A stretch of 64,000 bases of DNA from an uncultured Pseudomonadota bacterium (GTDB taxonomy: Bacteria; Pseudomonadota; Alphaproteobacteria; RF32; CAG-239), in assembly GCA_902763535.1 (NCBI GenBank), contig CACWSG010000009.1, positions 8,533 through 72,532 of the forward strand, given 5' to 3'. The notes below the pieces were generated by a model. That model saw only the letters and a list, made by a program, of their open reading frames with translations. It was not told the origin of the DNA and did no database searches. Position 1 is the stretch's first letter. Each line of letters begins with the position of its first letter. This document shows positions 43,719 through 55,142 of this stretch, piece after piece. The position numbers and the translations under genes are program-made.

Positions 43719-44384
43719 ATGGTTTTACTAATTCATCACACAACATCGCCGTTTGCTCGTAAAATACGTTTGCAGATGGGCGAAAAGAAGATGCTCTTCG
43801 TGTTAAAGTCTGAAGAGCCGTGGAATTTGTCGTCCGATGTCCGACGCCTCAATCCTGCCGGAGAACTTCCGATATATCTCAATGACGGTAGCGTTATTGT
43901 TGGTCACTATGCAATTTGTGAGTATTTGGAAGAAACCATGCGGGATGTACCTTTAATATTCGGGACTCCCGAACAAAAATCTGAGATTCGCCGCCTGATG
44001 GATTGGTTTGACAACAAGTTTTATCGTGAAGTTTATCGTAATATCGTTTTAGAAAAAATATATAAACGCTTTGCTTATGCTCAAGCTCCCGATTCTGTCG
44101 CATTAAAGGCCGGTCTTAATAATTTAGGCTATCACTTTGAATATATCGAATGGTTATTGGAAAAACACGCCTATCTTGCCGGTGAAGAAATAACCATGGC
44201 TGATTTGACTGCTGCCGCCCATGTCTCTATCATAGATTATTTGGGCGATGTTCCATGGAACGAGTTTCCTTTAAGCAAACTTTGGTACTCCAAGCTAAAG
44301 TCGCGTCCTTCATTTAAGGATTTGCTCAAAGATACAATTCCCGGTATTTTACCATCCCGCAATTACACCAATTTGGATTTTTGA
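43719..44384 (+). CDS. fzlA: GST-family FtsZ-binding protein FzlA
   Basis: SPFARKIRL, LNPAGELP, WFDNKF, DYLGDVPW, KSRPSF, C-terminal LDF. Confidence 0.85.
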   Translation: MVLLIHHTTSPFARKIRLQMGEKKMLFVLKSEEPWNLSSDVRRLNPAGELPIYLNDGSVIVGHYAICEYLEETMRDVPLIFGTPEQKSEIRRLMDWFDNKFYREVYRNIVLEKIYKRFAYAQAPDSVALKAGLNNLGYHFEYIEWLLEKHAYLAGEEITMADLTAAAHVSIIDYLGDVPWNEFPLSKLWYSKLKSRPSFKDLLKDTIPGILPSRNYTNLDF

Positions 44385-44385
44385 C

Positions 44386-44853
44386 ATGAAGAAAATAAAT
44401 TTTTTGGTATTGTGTTGTTTGTTGTGTTCTTGCTCTTATTTTTCAGGCGGGGTAGGTCAGGTAGTTTATCACTGGGAGCGTACTCGCACCGGAGTACAAC
44501 GTTTTGTTCGCGATCACAACGAATGTCTCAAACACGCCAAAGCTATCAAATGGATTCCGGATTTCCAGTCTTGGTTTTATACTGAGGAGACAAAACTTAA
44601 TACGCGTGCAGATTGGAATTCTGATCGCGGTATTTGGGCGACTTATATCCCCTATGAGGGAGCTCAGCCTTTGATTGTTAATGCTCCGTTTGATGATATT
44701 GACATTGATCCGCATAAATATGTTGCCTGTATGAAAGAAAAAGGTTATTGGTTCCGCACTCACGACATTCCGGAAATAACCAATATCAATCTTTATAAAG
44801 CGCGCATACCTAATTTGTGGCATCCGTTCAGCGAACGCGATTATTACGACTAA
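44386..44853 (+). CDS. Hypothetical lipoprotein
   Basis: Lipobox LLCSC; DHNEC...CMKEKGY. Confidence 0.75.
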   Translation: MKKINFLVLCCLLCSCSYFSGGVGQVVYHWERTRTGVQRFVRDHNECLKHAKAIKWIPDFQSWFYTEETKLNTRADWNSDRGIWATYIPYEGAQPLIVNAPFDDIDIDPHKYVACMKEKGYWFRTHDIPEITNINLYKARIPNLWHPFSERDYYD

Positions 44854-46241
44854 ATTGCCAGCCCGCCTCCTAACGACTTGTTAAAACTGATAATATCTAT
44901 ATACCAGTTGCTCAAGGATTTTATATATTCCTGTTCGGCGTTGAGTTTGTTTTGTTCGGCGGTTAGGACATCGCTGAATTCAATTAATCCGTTTTTATAC
45001 TTTACCAAACTAAGTTCTAAGATTTTGTTTTGTGAGGCTTGATTTTTCTGTGTTAAAAGATTGCGTTCGCTTTCTTCTTCCAAATTTTTCATCGCTTGAT
45101 TAATGTCAACAATCGCCGCCAAAATACTTTTTTGATAATTTATAGCCGCTTGTTTGGTGGCCGATTTTTGCAAACGCACTTGATTTAGTTGTTTGTTCCA
45201 GTTCCACAAGGGTAAACTTAAATTAGCAGCAGAGTTATAAATTTGATAGTTTGATGCAAATATCGGAGATAAGGTATGGTTTTGCCAGCCTAAAAATCCG
45301 CTTAATGATAAATTGGGTAACATTGCCGCGATTTTGTTACCGATAAGCGCATTTTGCGCTATCAAATTTTGTTCGGCGGCAATCACATCCGGTCGCATTC
45401 GGATAACCTCAATCGGAATTTGGTGCAAACTTTCGAGCGAAATTTGCGGCGTCTTTGTCAATATATTACTATTGCTCAGCTCTACCTGAAAAGGCAGCTT
45501 TCCGCTTAATGTTGCCAGCGCATTTTGATAGGAATTTAAGTTTGCTCGCAGCGAAGGAATTTGTGCTTTTGTCATCAGAACAGCCGATTTTGCCTGTTCT
45601 AATGCCAAATCATCAGCTAATCCGGCTGAGTGTTTTTTGTGGATAATATCATAAATATCCTGTTGCAATTTCAAGTTGCGCTCCGTAATTTGCAGCAGTT
45701 TTTCGTATTGTCGATAATTAATATAATTGACAGCAGTTTCTGCGGTCAAAATTATACGGGCATATTTTAAGTCAGCCGCTGCTCCTTTCATGGCAGCATA
45801 TTGACTTTCATTAAGGCGTCGGGTTTGTCCCCAAATATCAATTTCCCAAGAAGCATCAAATCCGACCTGATAAAATGATTCTTTGCTTTTGGTTTCCGGT
45901 GTGGCAAAAGTATCACTTTTGTTGTAATTTCCGCTGGTTGATATTTCAGGACCGAATGCGGCTCGGGCAATGCTGAGGTTGAAGCGAGCTTGTTGCAGCC
46001 TTTCTTTAGCGATTGCCAAATCAGGAGAGTTTTTTATAGTATCATCAATCAGGCTGTTCAATGTTTCATCGCCGAAAGATTTGTACCATTCTTGCGTTGG
46101 AACAGCCGCATTTCCGCTTTGTAAGTTCAGGCTTAAAGCCAAATCTTGGTCATTGTAAATTTGCGGTCGTTCATAATTGGGACCGACACTGCAGCCGACA
46201 ATCATTCCTGCCCACAGAAACAATATAATTTTTTTAATCAT
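44850..46241 (-). CDS. RND efflux outer-membrane lipoprotein (NodT/OprM family)
   Basis: [34 protein letters not shown]. Confidence 0.93.
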   Translation of the reverse strand: MIKKIILFLWAGMIVGCSVGPNYERPQIYNDQDLALSLNLQSGNAAVPTQEWYKSFGDETLNSLIDDTIKNSPDLAIAKERLQQARFNLSIARAAFGPEISTSGNYNKSDTFATPETKSKESFYQVGFDASWEIDIWGQTRRLNESQYAAMKGAAADLKYARIILTAETAVNYINYRQYEKLLQITERNLKLQQDIYDIIHKKHSAGLADDLALEQAKSAVLMTKAQIPSLRANLNSYQNALATLSGKLPFQVELSNSNILTKTPQISLESLHQIPIEVIRMRPDVIAAEQNLIAQNALIGNKIAAMLPNLSLSGFLGWQNHTLSPIFASNYQIYNSAANLSLPLWNWNKQLNQVRLQKSATKQAAINYQKSILAAIVDINQAMKNLEEESERNLLTQKNQASQNKILELSLVKYKNGLIEFSDVLTAEQNKLNAEQEYIKSLSNWYIDIISFNKSLGGGLAI

Positions 46242-49200
46242 TTTTTTGCTCCTTAGGTGATTGTTGCCAAGCTCGTTCCTTAATAGTCTCAAACAAAGCA
46301 AAAAGCGCCGGAATAAAAATTATGCCCACTCCGGTTGCCGCAATCATTCCATAAAACACGGTTGCCCCGATAGCGTGCTGACTTGCTGCACCGGCTCCTT
46401 TGACTATAATCATCGGAAAAACTCCCAATATAAAAGTCAAGGCTGTCATCAATACGGCACGAAATCTCTCATCAGCTCCTTTTTGAGCTGATTCCAAAAT
46501 TGAAAAACCTTTTTCACGATAATCTTTGGTGAACTCAACAATCAAAATAGCATTTTTAGCAGCCAATCCGATTAGCATAACCAATCCCAATTGTGCGTAA
46601 ATGCTCAAGTCATAACCGCTCAAGTTTAGTCCGATTAATGCGCCCAAAATAGCAAATACGGTTGAAAACATTACAGCCCAACTCAGCATCCAACTTTCAT
46701 ATAAGGCAGTCAAAAACAGATAGCAGAATATAAAAGCCAGTGCGATTAAAATAACAACCAATCCAGAAGCCTCAACTTCTTGCAAACTCAATCCGGTCCA
46801 TGCTATTTTATAGCTTTTTCCCAAATTTGTTTGGGCTAATTTTTCCACATCTTCGATAGCTGTGCCTGATGAGATTCGCGGTGCTGCTTGAGCGGTAATT
46901 GATGCAGCTGTATAGAGATTGTAACGATATAAAATATTTGGAGAAATCAAGTTATGTGTGTCGGTAAAACTTTTTACGCGCACCATGTTTCCGCTATCGG
47001 ATTTGACATACAGATTCATCACATCTTCAAGGCTTTTGCGATAAGGAAAATCTGCTTGTACTATAACTTTGTTGACTTGCCCCTCCAAAGTAATGTTATT
47101 AACATAAGTTGAGCCGAGATTATTGCCCAAAGTGTTGAATAGTGAATTTAATGGCACTTGATGACTTTCCATTTTAGTGCGATCGATATCCAGATAGATA
47201 TGCGGAGTATCGGCGCGATAAGTGCTGAAAGCATAACCGATTTGCGGAGATTTATTCAGAGCTTGCAAAAATTTTTGTAAGGTTTCATAAAAAGTCATGG
47301 CTGTAATGTTGCCATCTACTGCCAAAAATTCCATCGACAGTCCGTTGGATGTTCCAACGCCGGGAATTGAAGGCGGAGCAAAAAAATCAATTTGTGCCAA
47401 ATGATTTTGCCCATATTTTTGCCGCAACAAATTGTTTATATTTTCCATTGACAATTTAGCATTCTTGCGCTTATCCCAATTTTCCAATCCGATCACGCCC
47501 AAAGCCACATTTTCTCCTGAGCCTCCCAACATGGAATATCCGGCCACCGAGATAAAATATTTTACACCTTTAATACTCATTATTCCATCAGCTAAATTTG
47601 CTAAAACATCATTGGTTTGATTGATGGTTGCAGTATTAGCCAGTTGAGCATTGGCAAAAATAATTCCCTGATCTTCTTCCGGCAAAAAGGAAGTCGGAGT
47701 CAGCCAAAATCCTAAAACGATTAACGCTATTGTCAGGGCGGTTGCCAAAACAGTCATTTTAATTTTATCGGAAAAATAAGTAACGGCTTTCATGTAATGA
47801 GCGCGGCATTTATCAATAAGGTTATCAAATTTAACAAAAAAAGCCGCTTTGTTTTTAGTGGTATCGCCTGATTTTTTTTGCAAGAAAATAGCACAAAGTG
47901 CCGGCGATAAAGTTAAAGCATTGACCGCGGAAAAAGCCACGGATGTAGCAATAGTGATAGCAAATTGCTGATATATTTTACCGGTGATACCTGCCATCAA
48001 TCCGACCGGAACAAAAATTGACAACAGTACAAAAGTTGTTGCCACGATTGCGCTGCCGATTTGTTGCATGGCTTTGATAGCAGCACTTTTGGCATCCATA
48101 TTTTCTTTTTCCATCAAATATTCCACGCGTTCCACCACAATAATCGCGTCATCAACCACCAAACCGATGGCTAAAATCATCGCAAATAAAGTCAAAATAT
48201 TAATATCAAAACCTAATGCATAAATCACCGCAAAAGTGGCAATTAACGATACCGGAATGGTAATCAACGGAATCAAAGTTGTTCGCCATTTTTGCAAAAA
48301 AACATAAGTTACCAAAACAACCAAACTGAAAGTGATAACCAATGTTTCTATAATTCCGGCAATGGAAGCCCGCACAAAATCAGTTGAGTCATAAGCTGTT
48401 TGCAAAACTATATCATCAGGAAAAGTTGCGCTTAAGTTTTTGATTTCTTTTTCAACATTTTTCATAATATCCAAAGAGTTGGAATTGGGAGTTTGACTGA
48501 GACTCAAAATAACTGCCGGAGCTTTGTTATAATGTGCATTCATATTATAAGTATCAGCACCGATTTCAACTCTTGCCACATCTTTTAATCGTACAACCCC
48601 GCCGTTTTTGGCGGTGGTGAGAACAATATTTTCAAAATCATGCACATTATTCAGCATTCCTTTAGTCGTCAATGATAAAACTATCGGATTTGATTGCGGA
48701 CTGGGAGCTGCACCGATAGCCCCTAAAGAGGCTTGGCGGTTTTGACTGGCAATAGCTTGCACAATATCATTACTGGACAATCCTAGTGCGGCAACTTTTT
48801 CCGGATTAAGCCAAATGCGCATGGAGTGCTGTGGACCGTAAATATCTACACTTCCCATGCCGTTAACGCGCAACAGCGGATTTTGAATATTGTCATAAGC
48901 AAAATTTGACAGATAAAGACTGTCATAAGTATTATTTGGTGAGCGCAAAACCAGCATTGCCAGCATATTTGCCAAACGCGAGGTAATATCCAAACCTTGT
49001 TTAACCACTTCTTCCGGCAGTTGGGAATTAACTTGTTGCAATCGGTTTTGCACCTTTACGCGCGCCATATCGGGATCGGTTCCGACATTAAAAGTAATGG
49101 TCAAAGTATAAGATCCGTTATCGGTTGAAGTTGACGACATATAAAGCATATCTTCAACTCCGTTGACGGCATTTTCAATCGGAATTGCCACCGTATCAAC

Positions 49201-49374
49201 CAAAACTTGTGCCGAAGCTCCCGGATAAGTTGCTTTTACCACAATTTGCGGAGGGGTAATGTCGGGATATTGCGATACCGGCAAAACCGCGATTGCCAGC
49301 AGTCCCAGCAACACCATAATTATGGAAACCACACCGGCAAAACGGGGGTGGTTGATAAAAAATTCCGAAAACAT
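46234..49374 (-). CDS. RND efflux permease (AcrB family)
   Basis: 1046 aa; [41 protein letters not shown]. Confidence 0.97.
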   Translation of the reverse strand: MFSEFFINHPRFAGVVSIIMVLLGLLAIAVLPVSQYPDITPPQIVVKATYPGASAQVLVDTVAIPIENAVNGVEDMLYMSSTSTDNGSYTLTITFNVGTDPDMARVKVQNRLQQVNSQLPEEVVKQGLDITSRLANMLAMLVLRSPNNTYDSLYLSNFAYDNIQNPLLRVNGMGSVDIYGPQHSMRIWLNPEKVAALGLSSNDIVQAIASQNRQASLGAIGAAPSPQSNPIVLSLTTKGMLNNVHDFENIVLTTAKNGGVVRLKDVARVEIGADTYNMNAHYNKAPAVILSLSQTPNSNSLDIMKNVEKEIKNLSATFPDDIVLQTAYDSTDFVRASIAGIIETLVITFSLVVLVTYVFLQKWRTTLIPLITIPVSLIATFAVIYALGFDINILTLFAMILAIGLVVDDAIIVVERVEYLMEKENMDAKSAAIKAMQQIGSAIVATTFVLLSIFVPVGLMAGITGKIYQQFAITIATSVAFSAVNALTLSPALCAIFLQKKSGDTTKNKAAFFVKFDNLIDKCRAHYMKAVTYFSDKIKMTVLATALTIALIVLGFWLTPTSFLPEEDQGIIFANAQLANTATINQTNDVLANLADGIMSIKGVKYFISVAGYSMLGGSGENVALGVIGLENWDKRKNAKLSMENINNLLRQKYGQNHLAQIDFFAPPSIPGVGTSNGLSMEFLAVDGNITAMTFYETLQKFLQALNKSPQIGYAFSTYRADTPHIYLDIDRTKMESHQVPLNSLFNTLGNNLGSTYVNNITLEGQVNKVIVQADFPYRKSLEDVMNLYVKSDSGNMVRVKSFTDTHNLISPNILYRYNLYTAASITAQAAPRISSGTAIEDVEKLAQTNLGKSYKIAWTGLSLQEVEASGLVVILIALAFIFCYLFLTALYESWMLSWAVMFSTVFAILGALIGLNLSGYDLSIYAQLGLVMLIGLAAKNAILIVEFTKDYREKGFSILESAQKGADERFRAVLMTALTFILGVFPMIIVKGAGAASQHAIGATVFYGMIAATGVGIIFIPALFALFETIKERAWQQSPKEQKND

Positions 49375-49376
49375 TT

Positions 49377-50489
49377 TTATTTTCCACCAGTTTTATTTAT
49401 ATTGACTTTTATTTTGGCATTCGGTGCTATCTTATCCACCTTATCAACCACCAAATATTCATTGCCTTCAAACTTGTTGCTGACGGCATAAGAATTATCA
49501 ATAATTCCTTCCACCTGCAGTTTAATTTGTTTTAAGTGATTATCTTTGATAACATAGGCCCAAATACCATCATCTTTTATTTGCGCATAGTTTTGCCTTA
49601 TAAGAGAAGCATTTTTCAATTTTTTGATAATAAAAACATCGACATAAGAATTGGCCAAAAGTTTTTTCTCAGGATTGGCAAAATCAGCATACAGACTTAT
49701 CGAATTAGTTGATTTGTTGACTTGATTGTCACTATATTGAAAATGTCCCGATTGTTCATACAATTGTCCGTCTGACAAACGCAACATAATGCTTTCTTTG
49801 CCCAAATTATCTCTATCCAGCTGCATAAAATCTTTATCCGGCATGGCAAAAACCACCCTTATCGGATCAAATTGCACAATGCTGAACAGTTTAGAATTCG
49901 GGGTTATATAGTTACCTTTAGTCAAATCAATATTGCCGACCACACCGGCAATCGGTGCTTGGACAATGGTATAATCATAAGCGATTTTGGCTTTTTGTTC
50001 TAAGGCTTTTGCTTGTTCCAATGCCGCCTGTGATGCCAAATATGATGCTTTGGCACTGTCAAGTTCCGAGGCAGAAACTGCTTGACTGCCGGCTTTTTTC
50101 AAACGTTTGTAATAGCTTGCGGCATTATTGTAATCAGCTTGTGCCTTAATAGTTGCCGCTTTGGCAGATTCCCATTCGGCTTTGTATTCTCTTTGATCAA
50201 TCAGCACTAAATTATCGCCGACTTTGACCTCATCACCGCCTTCAACCATCACATCATCAATATATCCGGCAACATTTGCCGCCATATCTGCACTTTGGAT
50301 AGGGGTTACATAACCGACATATTGTTTTTCGATTTTAACATCTTGATGAGGAATGGCGATGGCATTTATGCTCTGCGTTTGAGCAATTTCCGGCAAAGCG
50401 GAGTCAGCCCTTATGCTGTTGAACAATATATAATATACTATTATTACCGCAGCGGCAGCAAAGTAACGATATCTGAATAAATTATTCAT
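49377..50489 (-). CDS. RND efflux periplasmic adaptor (AcrA family)
   Basis: VAGYI...[13 protein letters not shown], hairpin, [10 protein letters not shown]. Confidence 0.92.
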   Translation of the reverse strand: MNNLFRYRYFAAAAVIIVYYILFNSIRADSALPEIAQTQSINAIAIPHQDVKIEKQYVGYVTPIQSADMAANVAGYIDDVMVEGGDEVKVGDNLVLIDQREYKAEWESAKAATIKAQADYNNAASYYKRLKKAGSQAVSASELDSAKASYLASQAALEQAKALEQKAKIAYDYTIVQAPIAGVVGNIDLTKGNYITPNSKLFSIVQFDPIRVVFAMPDKDFMQLDRDNLGKESIMLRLSDGQLYEQSGHFQYSDNQVNKSTNSISLYADFANPEKKLLANSYVDVFIIKKLKNASLIRQNYAQIKDDGIWAYVIKDNHLKQIKLQVEGIIDNSYAVSNKFEGNEYLVVDKVDKIAPNAKIKVNINKTGGK

Positions 50490-50682
50490 CTTATTTAACC
50501 TCAAAAATACTTGCTCATTTGGCATATAAATAACCTCTTGCCGTTTTTATCCAACCTATACCAAATGTTCTATTGGCGAAATTTGTAAGTAATTAGGTGT
50601 AAAATTGTTAAAAATCAATAAGATAATAAGAGGTAATATTTTACCGTTAAATAATTTATTGAAAAAACTTCAAAAAAATATG

Positions 50683-50710
50683 TTGACAAATAAAAATAAT
50701 TCTCTATAAC
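50683..50710 (+). promoter_or_regulatory. Sigma70 promoter of rplM-rpsI
   Basis: TTGACA-N16-TATAAC. Confidence 0.55.
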
Positions 50711-50752
50711 TACAACCGAGCATTAATTTATAACATTAGAGAGAGATAAATA

Positions 50753-51217
50753 ATGAACACTTATGCAACCAAACCCTCAGACATTGAGAGAAAATGGTAT
50801 GTAGTAGATGCCGAAGGTGTTGTATTGGGTCGTCTTTCTGCCGAAATCGCCAAGATTTTGCGCGGCAAGCATAAACCGAACTTTGTTCCCAATATTGACT
50901 GCGGCGACTATGTAGTAGTTATCAATGCTGACAAAGTAAAATTGACCGGCAACAAATTGTCGGCTAAAAAATATTTCCGTCACACCGGTTGGGCCGGCGG
51001 TATCAAAGAGACTACCGCTGAAAAATTGCTCAATGGTCGTTTTCCGGAAAGAGTTATCATTAAAGCTGTTGAGCGCATGATTTCCCGCAACCCGATGGGT
51101 CGTCAACAGATGAGCAAATTAAAAGTATATGCCGGATCAAATCATCCGCATACTGCTCAAAATCCTGTTGCTTTGGATATTGCCGCTCAAAACCCCAAGA
51201 ATAAGAGGAGCAACTAA
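50753..51217 (+). CDS. rplM: 50S ribosomal protein L13
   Basis: [28 protein letters not shown]. Confidence 0.99.
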   Translation: MNTYATKPSDIERKWYVVDAEGVVLGRLSAEIAKILRGKHKPNFVPNIDCGDYVVVINADKVKLTGNKLSAKKYFRHTGWAGGIKETTAEKLLNGRFPERVIIKAVERMISRNPMGRQQMSKLKVYAGSNHPHTAQNPVALDIAAQNPKNKRSN

Positions 51218-51219
51218 TA

Positions 51220-51708
51220 ATGGCTGAGAAATTAGAATCTTTAAAAGACCTTAAAAAGGCTGCCAAAACTGTTGAAGCTTCATCAGAAGAGACAACTGTT
51301 CGCAAAGCTAAAAAAGACAAACAAGGTCGTTCTTATGCTACCGGTCGTCGCAAGGATGCCGTTGCTCGTGTTTGGATTAAAGCTGGTAAAGGCAACATCA
51401 CCATTAATGACAAGTCAATTGATCAGTACTTTGCTCGTCCGGTTTTGAAAATGATTATCAATCAGCCTTTTGAGGTTGCTAATCGTGCCGGTGAGTTTGA
51501 TGTAATCTGCACAGTAAAAGGCGGTGGTTTGTCCGGTCAAGCCGGTGCCATCAAACACGGTATTTCACGCGCTTTGAATGCTTATGAGCCGGAATTGCGT
51601 GATTGCTTGAAAAAGGCAGGTTTCTTGACTCGTGATGATCGTGCTGTTGAACGTAAGAAATATGGTAAAGCTAAAGCTCGCCGTTCTTACCAGTTCTCCA
51701 AACGTTAA
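51220..51708 (+). CDS. rpsI: 30S ribosomal protein S9
   Basis: [31 protein letters not shown]. Confidence 0.99.
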   Translation: MAEKLESLKDLKKAAKTVEASSEETTVRKAKKDKQGRSYATGRRKDAVARVWIKAGKGNITINDKSIDQYFARPVLKMIINQPFEVANRAGEFDVICTVKGGGLSGQAGAIKHGISRALNAYEPELRDCLKKAGFLTRDDRAVERKKYGKAKARRSYQFSKR

Positions 51709-51737
51709 TCTTCACCAAAAGAAAATCGTTTTATATC

Positions 51738-51771
51738 AATGGGTTGTGGATTTTCACAGCCCATTTTTTTT
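51738..51771 (+). terminator. rpsI terminator (copy 1 of a duplicated element)
   Basis: aatgggttgtg-gatttt-cacagcccattttttt. Confidence 0.85.
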
Positions 51772-52106
51772 GATGAACATAATATTCACATAACCCTTGA
51801 CAATTCTAATTAACATTTCCATCTTAATATAATTTGAATTATTATAATCTAAATTATATTAATAAGAAGTGGGGACGAAATTTATCGGCAGAACTAAAAC
51901 ACTCAAAAATATTGGTGCTGGTTAAGGGACTGAACAGAGAATTATAAATTGTTTATAAAATAATTCTCAAAAAAAAGATATTGACACTATAAAATTTTGC
52001 TTTTATTGTAGAACATAATAAGAACAAAACAATGATGAGATTAAAGGTGTAAATCAAAATATATTAATTAATTTACTCAAAAAACCGTTAACTTAAGGAG
52101 CTATCT

Positions 52107-53648
52107 ATGAAAAAAATAAAATTAAATATCAAAAGAAAGCACGTTTATACGGGATTAATTGTTTTTGTTTTATGTATAAGTGTAGGAGGTTTTCTTAATG
52201 TTTTTTTGAAGAAAAGTACAAAATCCTACGAGTATAATAATATTGATTGTAAAACGAATGAATATGGTATTTCTGTTTGTAAAGATAAAAATAATGGTCT
52301 TATAAACGGGATAACAAAGCTTTATTATGAAAGTGGAAAAGTAGAGCTTGAAGCAAATTGGAAAGACGGAAAACATCATGGTCCATTAAAACGCTATTCT
52401 GAAAATGGAATTTTGTTGGAGGAAATACCATTTGTTGATGGAAAACGTGAGGGAGTTGGAAAATCATATTATAACGACGGGCAATTGCAAAGAGAAACAA
52501 CATATAAAAATGATAAAATAAAGGGGCAGACCAAGGAATATTATAGAGATGGTATTTTAAAGAGTATAGAAAATTTTGAGGATGTGCTATTAAACGGAGC
52601 AGCTGAATATTATAATCGAGATGGAATTTTGATTATTTCAACAAATTATATTGATGCTCAACAAGATGGAGTTAGAAAGGAATATTATGATGATGGAAAG
52701 TTAAAATCTGTTGCAACATGGAAAAAAGGTAAACTTGATGGTGAAGGAAAATCATATTATCGTAATGGAATACTTGAAACAGACTATCTTTTTAAGGATG
52801 GCAAAGAAAATGGAATATGTAAGCAGTATTATGATAACGGAACATTAAAATCTGAAGTATCTTGGAAAAATGGCAAGCAAGATGGCATATATCAAGAGTT
52901 TGACCAGTACGGAAATATTGCGATAAAAGGAATTTTTGTTGATGGAATGAAAGAGGGTATAGCTAAATTTTATGATCAGCACGGCATATTGAGAAGGGAA
53001 ATTCCCTATCACAAAGATAAAGCAGAGGGAATATCTAAAGATTATGCAGAAGACGGCTCGTTATTAGGCGAAACAACATGGAAAAATAATCTCCAAAATG
53101 GTATTTTGAAAGTATACTATAGGAGTGGTTCTTTATATGGTGAAGCCGAGTATAAAGATGATAAGCAAGAAGGAAAAAGTAAAACCTATTATGAAAACGG
53201 ACAGTTGAAATCAGATGAAAATTGGAAGGGTGGAAAGCCGGATGGAAAGTTCGTATATTATTACGAAAATGGAAATATTGAAAGAGAAATCATATTCAAT
53301 AATGGAAAAGAAAACGGAAAATTTAAAGAATATTATGAAAAAGGTCAATTGAAGACAGAAAAAAATATGATTAATGGTCAAGAAGACGGTGAAGTTATTT
53401 TATATTATAAAAACGGAAAAAAAGAAGCAGCTCTGTTTTATAAAAATGGAAAAGAGAATGGGATAAGTAAAAGATATTATAAAAATGGTAATATAAAAAG
53501 TGAATATTCATATCATGATGGTAAAAAAGAAGGGATTGGAAAAATATATTATGAAAATGGAAAACTACAATCAGAAGAAGAATGGAAAGAAGGTAAACGT
53601 ACCAAAGTGTTAAAATCTTTTGATAAAAAAGGAAAGGCTACAAAATAA
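52107..53648 (+). CDS. MORN-variant repeat protein (YwqK-like), N-terminally membrane-anchored
   Basis: About 19 tandem 24-aa repeats of type YYENG-x-L-x6-KNGKxxG; TM near the N-terminus; TTGACA-N17-TATTGT promoter at 51981. Confidence 0.9.
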   Translation: MKKIKLNIKRKHVYTGLIVFVLCISVGGFLNVFLKKSTKSYEYNNIDCKTNEYGISVCKDKNNGLINGITKLYYESGKVELEANWKDGKHHGPLKRYSENGILLEEIPFVDGKREGVGKSYYNDGQLQRETTYKNDKIKGQTKEYYRDGILKSIENFEDVLLNGAAEYYNRDGILIISTNYIDAQQDGVRKEYYDDGKLKSVATWKKGKLDGEGKSYYRNGILETDYLFKDGKENGICKQYYDNGTLKSEVSWKNGKQDGIYQEFDQYGNIAIKGIFVDGMKEGIAKFYDQHGILRREIPYHKDKAEGISKDYAEDGSLLGETTWKNNLQNGILKVYYRSGSLYGEAEYKDDKQEGKSKTYYENGQLKSDENWKGGKPDGKFVYYYENGNIEREIIFNNGKENGKFKEYYEKGQLKTEKNMINGQEDGEVILYYKNGKKEAALFYKNGKENGISKRYYKNGNIKSEYSYHDGKKEGIGKIYYENGKLQSEEEWKEGKRTKVLKSFDKKGKATK

Positions 53649-53675
53649 TACACAATTTATCATTTATTTTGTGGT

Positions 53676-53705
53676 GGGGTGTGGATTTTCACAGCCCATT
53701 TTTTT
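53676..53705 (+). terminator. Terminator (copy 2; 26 bp identical to the rpsI terminator)
   Basis: tgtggattttcacagcccattttttt at 53680-53705 equals 51745-51770. Confidence 0.8.
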
Positions 53706-53782
53706 GTTTCACATAAACTCTTGCAATTTGAGTTTTTGTTACCTAACTAAAGAATATAATCTTATAGTTTTAAGGAATAATA

Positions 53783-54250
53783 ATGACCGATAAAGAAACT
53801 CTTCCCTTAAAATCAGCACGTAAATTAAATATGCTGATTTTGCATAATGAAGCCTTAGCAAAAGATAAAAGCCTGCAAGAAAAAATAATTGCTTGGGGCT
53901 TAGATATGCTGGAAGAAGCTCGTGCCGATTGGAGTGATATGCGAGCAACAATGTTGGATTCTGTTATAAAGATTCATCAAAGAACGAATGCTCGTAAGGG
54001 AGGCATAGAAAGAGATAAGAAATATATACAATTTAGAGAAGAATTTGCAAAAATACAAAAAGAATATTTTATAAGGGCATATCAAAATAATCAAAAATTA
54101 ACAGCAAATAGCTTTGTTGAATGGTTTATAACGAATAAAGCTGAAAAAATAAAGATTCCGTACGTTCCTCAAAACCAAAAGAATAAATTAAGACAACTTG
54201 CACAAGCTAATACCAAAGAATTTAAAAAGCTTTTGCTTGGCAAAAGTTAA
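53783..54250 (+). CDS. Hypothetical basic helical protein
   Basis: 155 aa; SD AAGGA; NARKGG motif. Confidence 0.7.
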   Translation: MTDKETLPLKSARKLNMLILHNEALAKDKSLQEKIIAWGLDMLEEARADWSDMRATMLDSVIKIHQRTNARKGGIERDKKYIQFREEFAKIQKEYFIRAYQNNQKLTANSFVEWFITNKAEKIKIPYVPQNQKNKLRQLAQANTKEFKKLLLGKS

Positions 54251-54338
54251 ATTTTAGCAAGCTATAGGGCATAGACAAGATATTCTCTGAAACGCTAAAG
54301 TTAAAATCTAATATTAACTTAACAAAAGGAGCGAAAAT

Positions 54339-54728
54339 ATGCCAAAATATGGCGATAATACAGCAAAAGCTCTTGATAATTATCTCAAGGGTTATAAGCT
54401 ACCAACAGGAACAACGCGAAGTGGTTTAGTTGCGCCGATTAAAGATTTGCAACGCAATTATAATACAATGAAAACAATGAATTTAAATCCGAGCGACCAT
54501 TTTTTTCATTGCAAAGCAAATTATGAAGCAGCTTCTCGCGGTCGTTATGGTGCTGCTGTTGCGACCGGAGCTGGATATCTTCGTGAGTTGGCTGATACAT
54601 TAATTAAAAGAGATAGTTTATCGGCTGCACGAAGTGATTTAAGAGCTAACGCGAGAGGTCGTGCAGGTGCTGCAGCAGGTAAAAGTTTGAAAGCAACTTG
54701 CCCAACACATCACACCAAGTATAAGTAA
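54339..54728 (+). CDS. Stand-alone serum amyloid A-like protein
   Basis: DLQRNYNTMKTMNLNPSDHFFHCKANYEAASRG..G...RE...D..AN..GR.G aligns with the vertebrate SAA core; SD AAGGAG. Confidence 0.8.
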   Translation: MPKYGDNTAKALDNYLKGYKLPTGTTRSGLVAPIKDLQRNYNTMKTMNLNPSDHFFHCKANYEAASRGRYGAAVATGAGYLRELADTLIKRDSLSAARSDLRANARGRAGAAAGKSLKATCPTHHTKYK

Positions 54729-54748
54729 TTAATTGGAGAACAAAATAA

Positions 54749-55132
54749 ATGAACAGGCAAAGTCTATTATTAAGATTGATAACAACCATCAAATTAATAA
54801 TTTTGTTTTTGATGATTTCATGGTTTGGAATGGATTGGAGTATTGTTCAGCCTGCAGCATCCACTATATTGTATACCTATGAACTGGTAATGTTTGCGAG
54901 CGTAATATTTTTCTTTGCAACATTCTTTTCCAAAACAAGAAAAGTTGCTTATGTCTTATTTATAATCAGTTTTATTGCTTATCTTGTGATGTATAATTTT
55001 TCTAACGAAATAATTATTCAACATAAAATTGATGCTTGTTTAGATCAAGGACTGGTTTGGGATGGTGATGAGCTTAAATGCCGAGAAGATTGTTGGCGTT
55101 GGAGTGTTGAAAAAGGTTGTGAAAAAAAGTAG
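54749..55132 (+). CDS. Small 3-TM protein with C-terminal 4-Cys domain (candidate immunity protein)
   Basis: SD GGAG; three hydrophobic helices; DACLDQG.VWD....CREDC.......GC. Confidence 0.7.
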   Translation: MNRQSLLLRLITTIKLIILFLMISWFGMDWSIVQPAASTILYTYELVMFASVIFFFATFFSKTRKVAYVLFIISFIAYLVMYNFSNEIIIQHKIDACLDQGLVWDGDELKCREDCWRWSVEKGCEKK

Positions 55133-55142
55133 GATATGCAAA

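Noticed and set aside
44850-50489. RND efflux operon as a novel system
   Set aside because: Ordinary AcrAB-OprM-like organisation with canonical motifs.
53670-53690. Possible tRNA 3'-end scar (tggtggggtgtggattt)
   Set aside because: Spacing from the T loop to CCA is 3 nt too short; the duplicated terminator explains the sequence.
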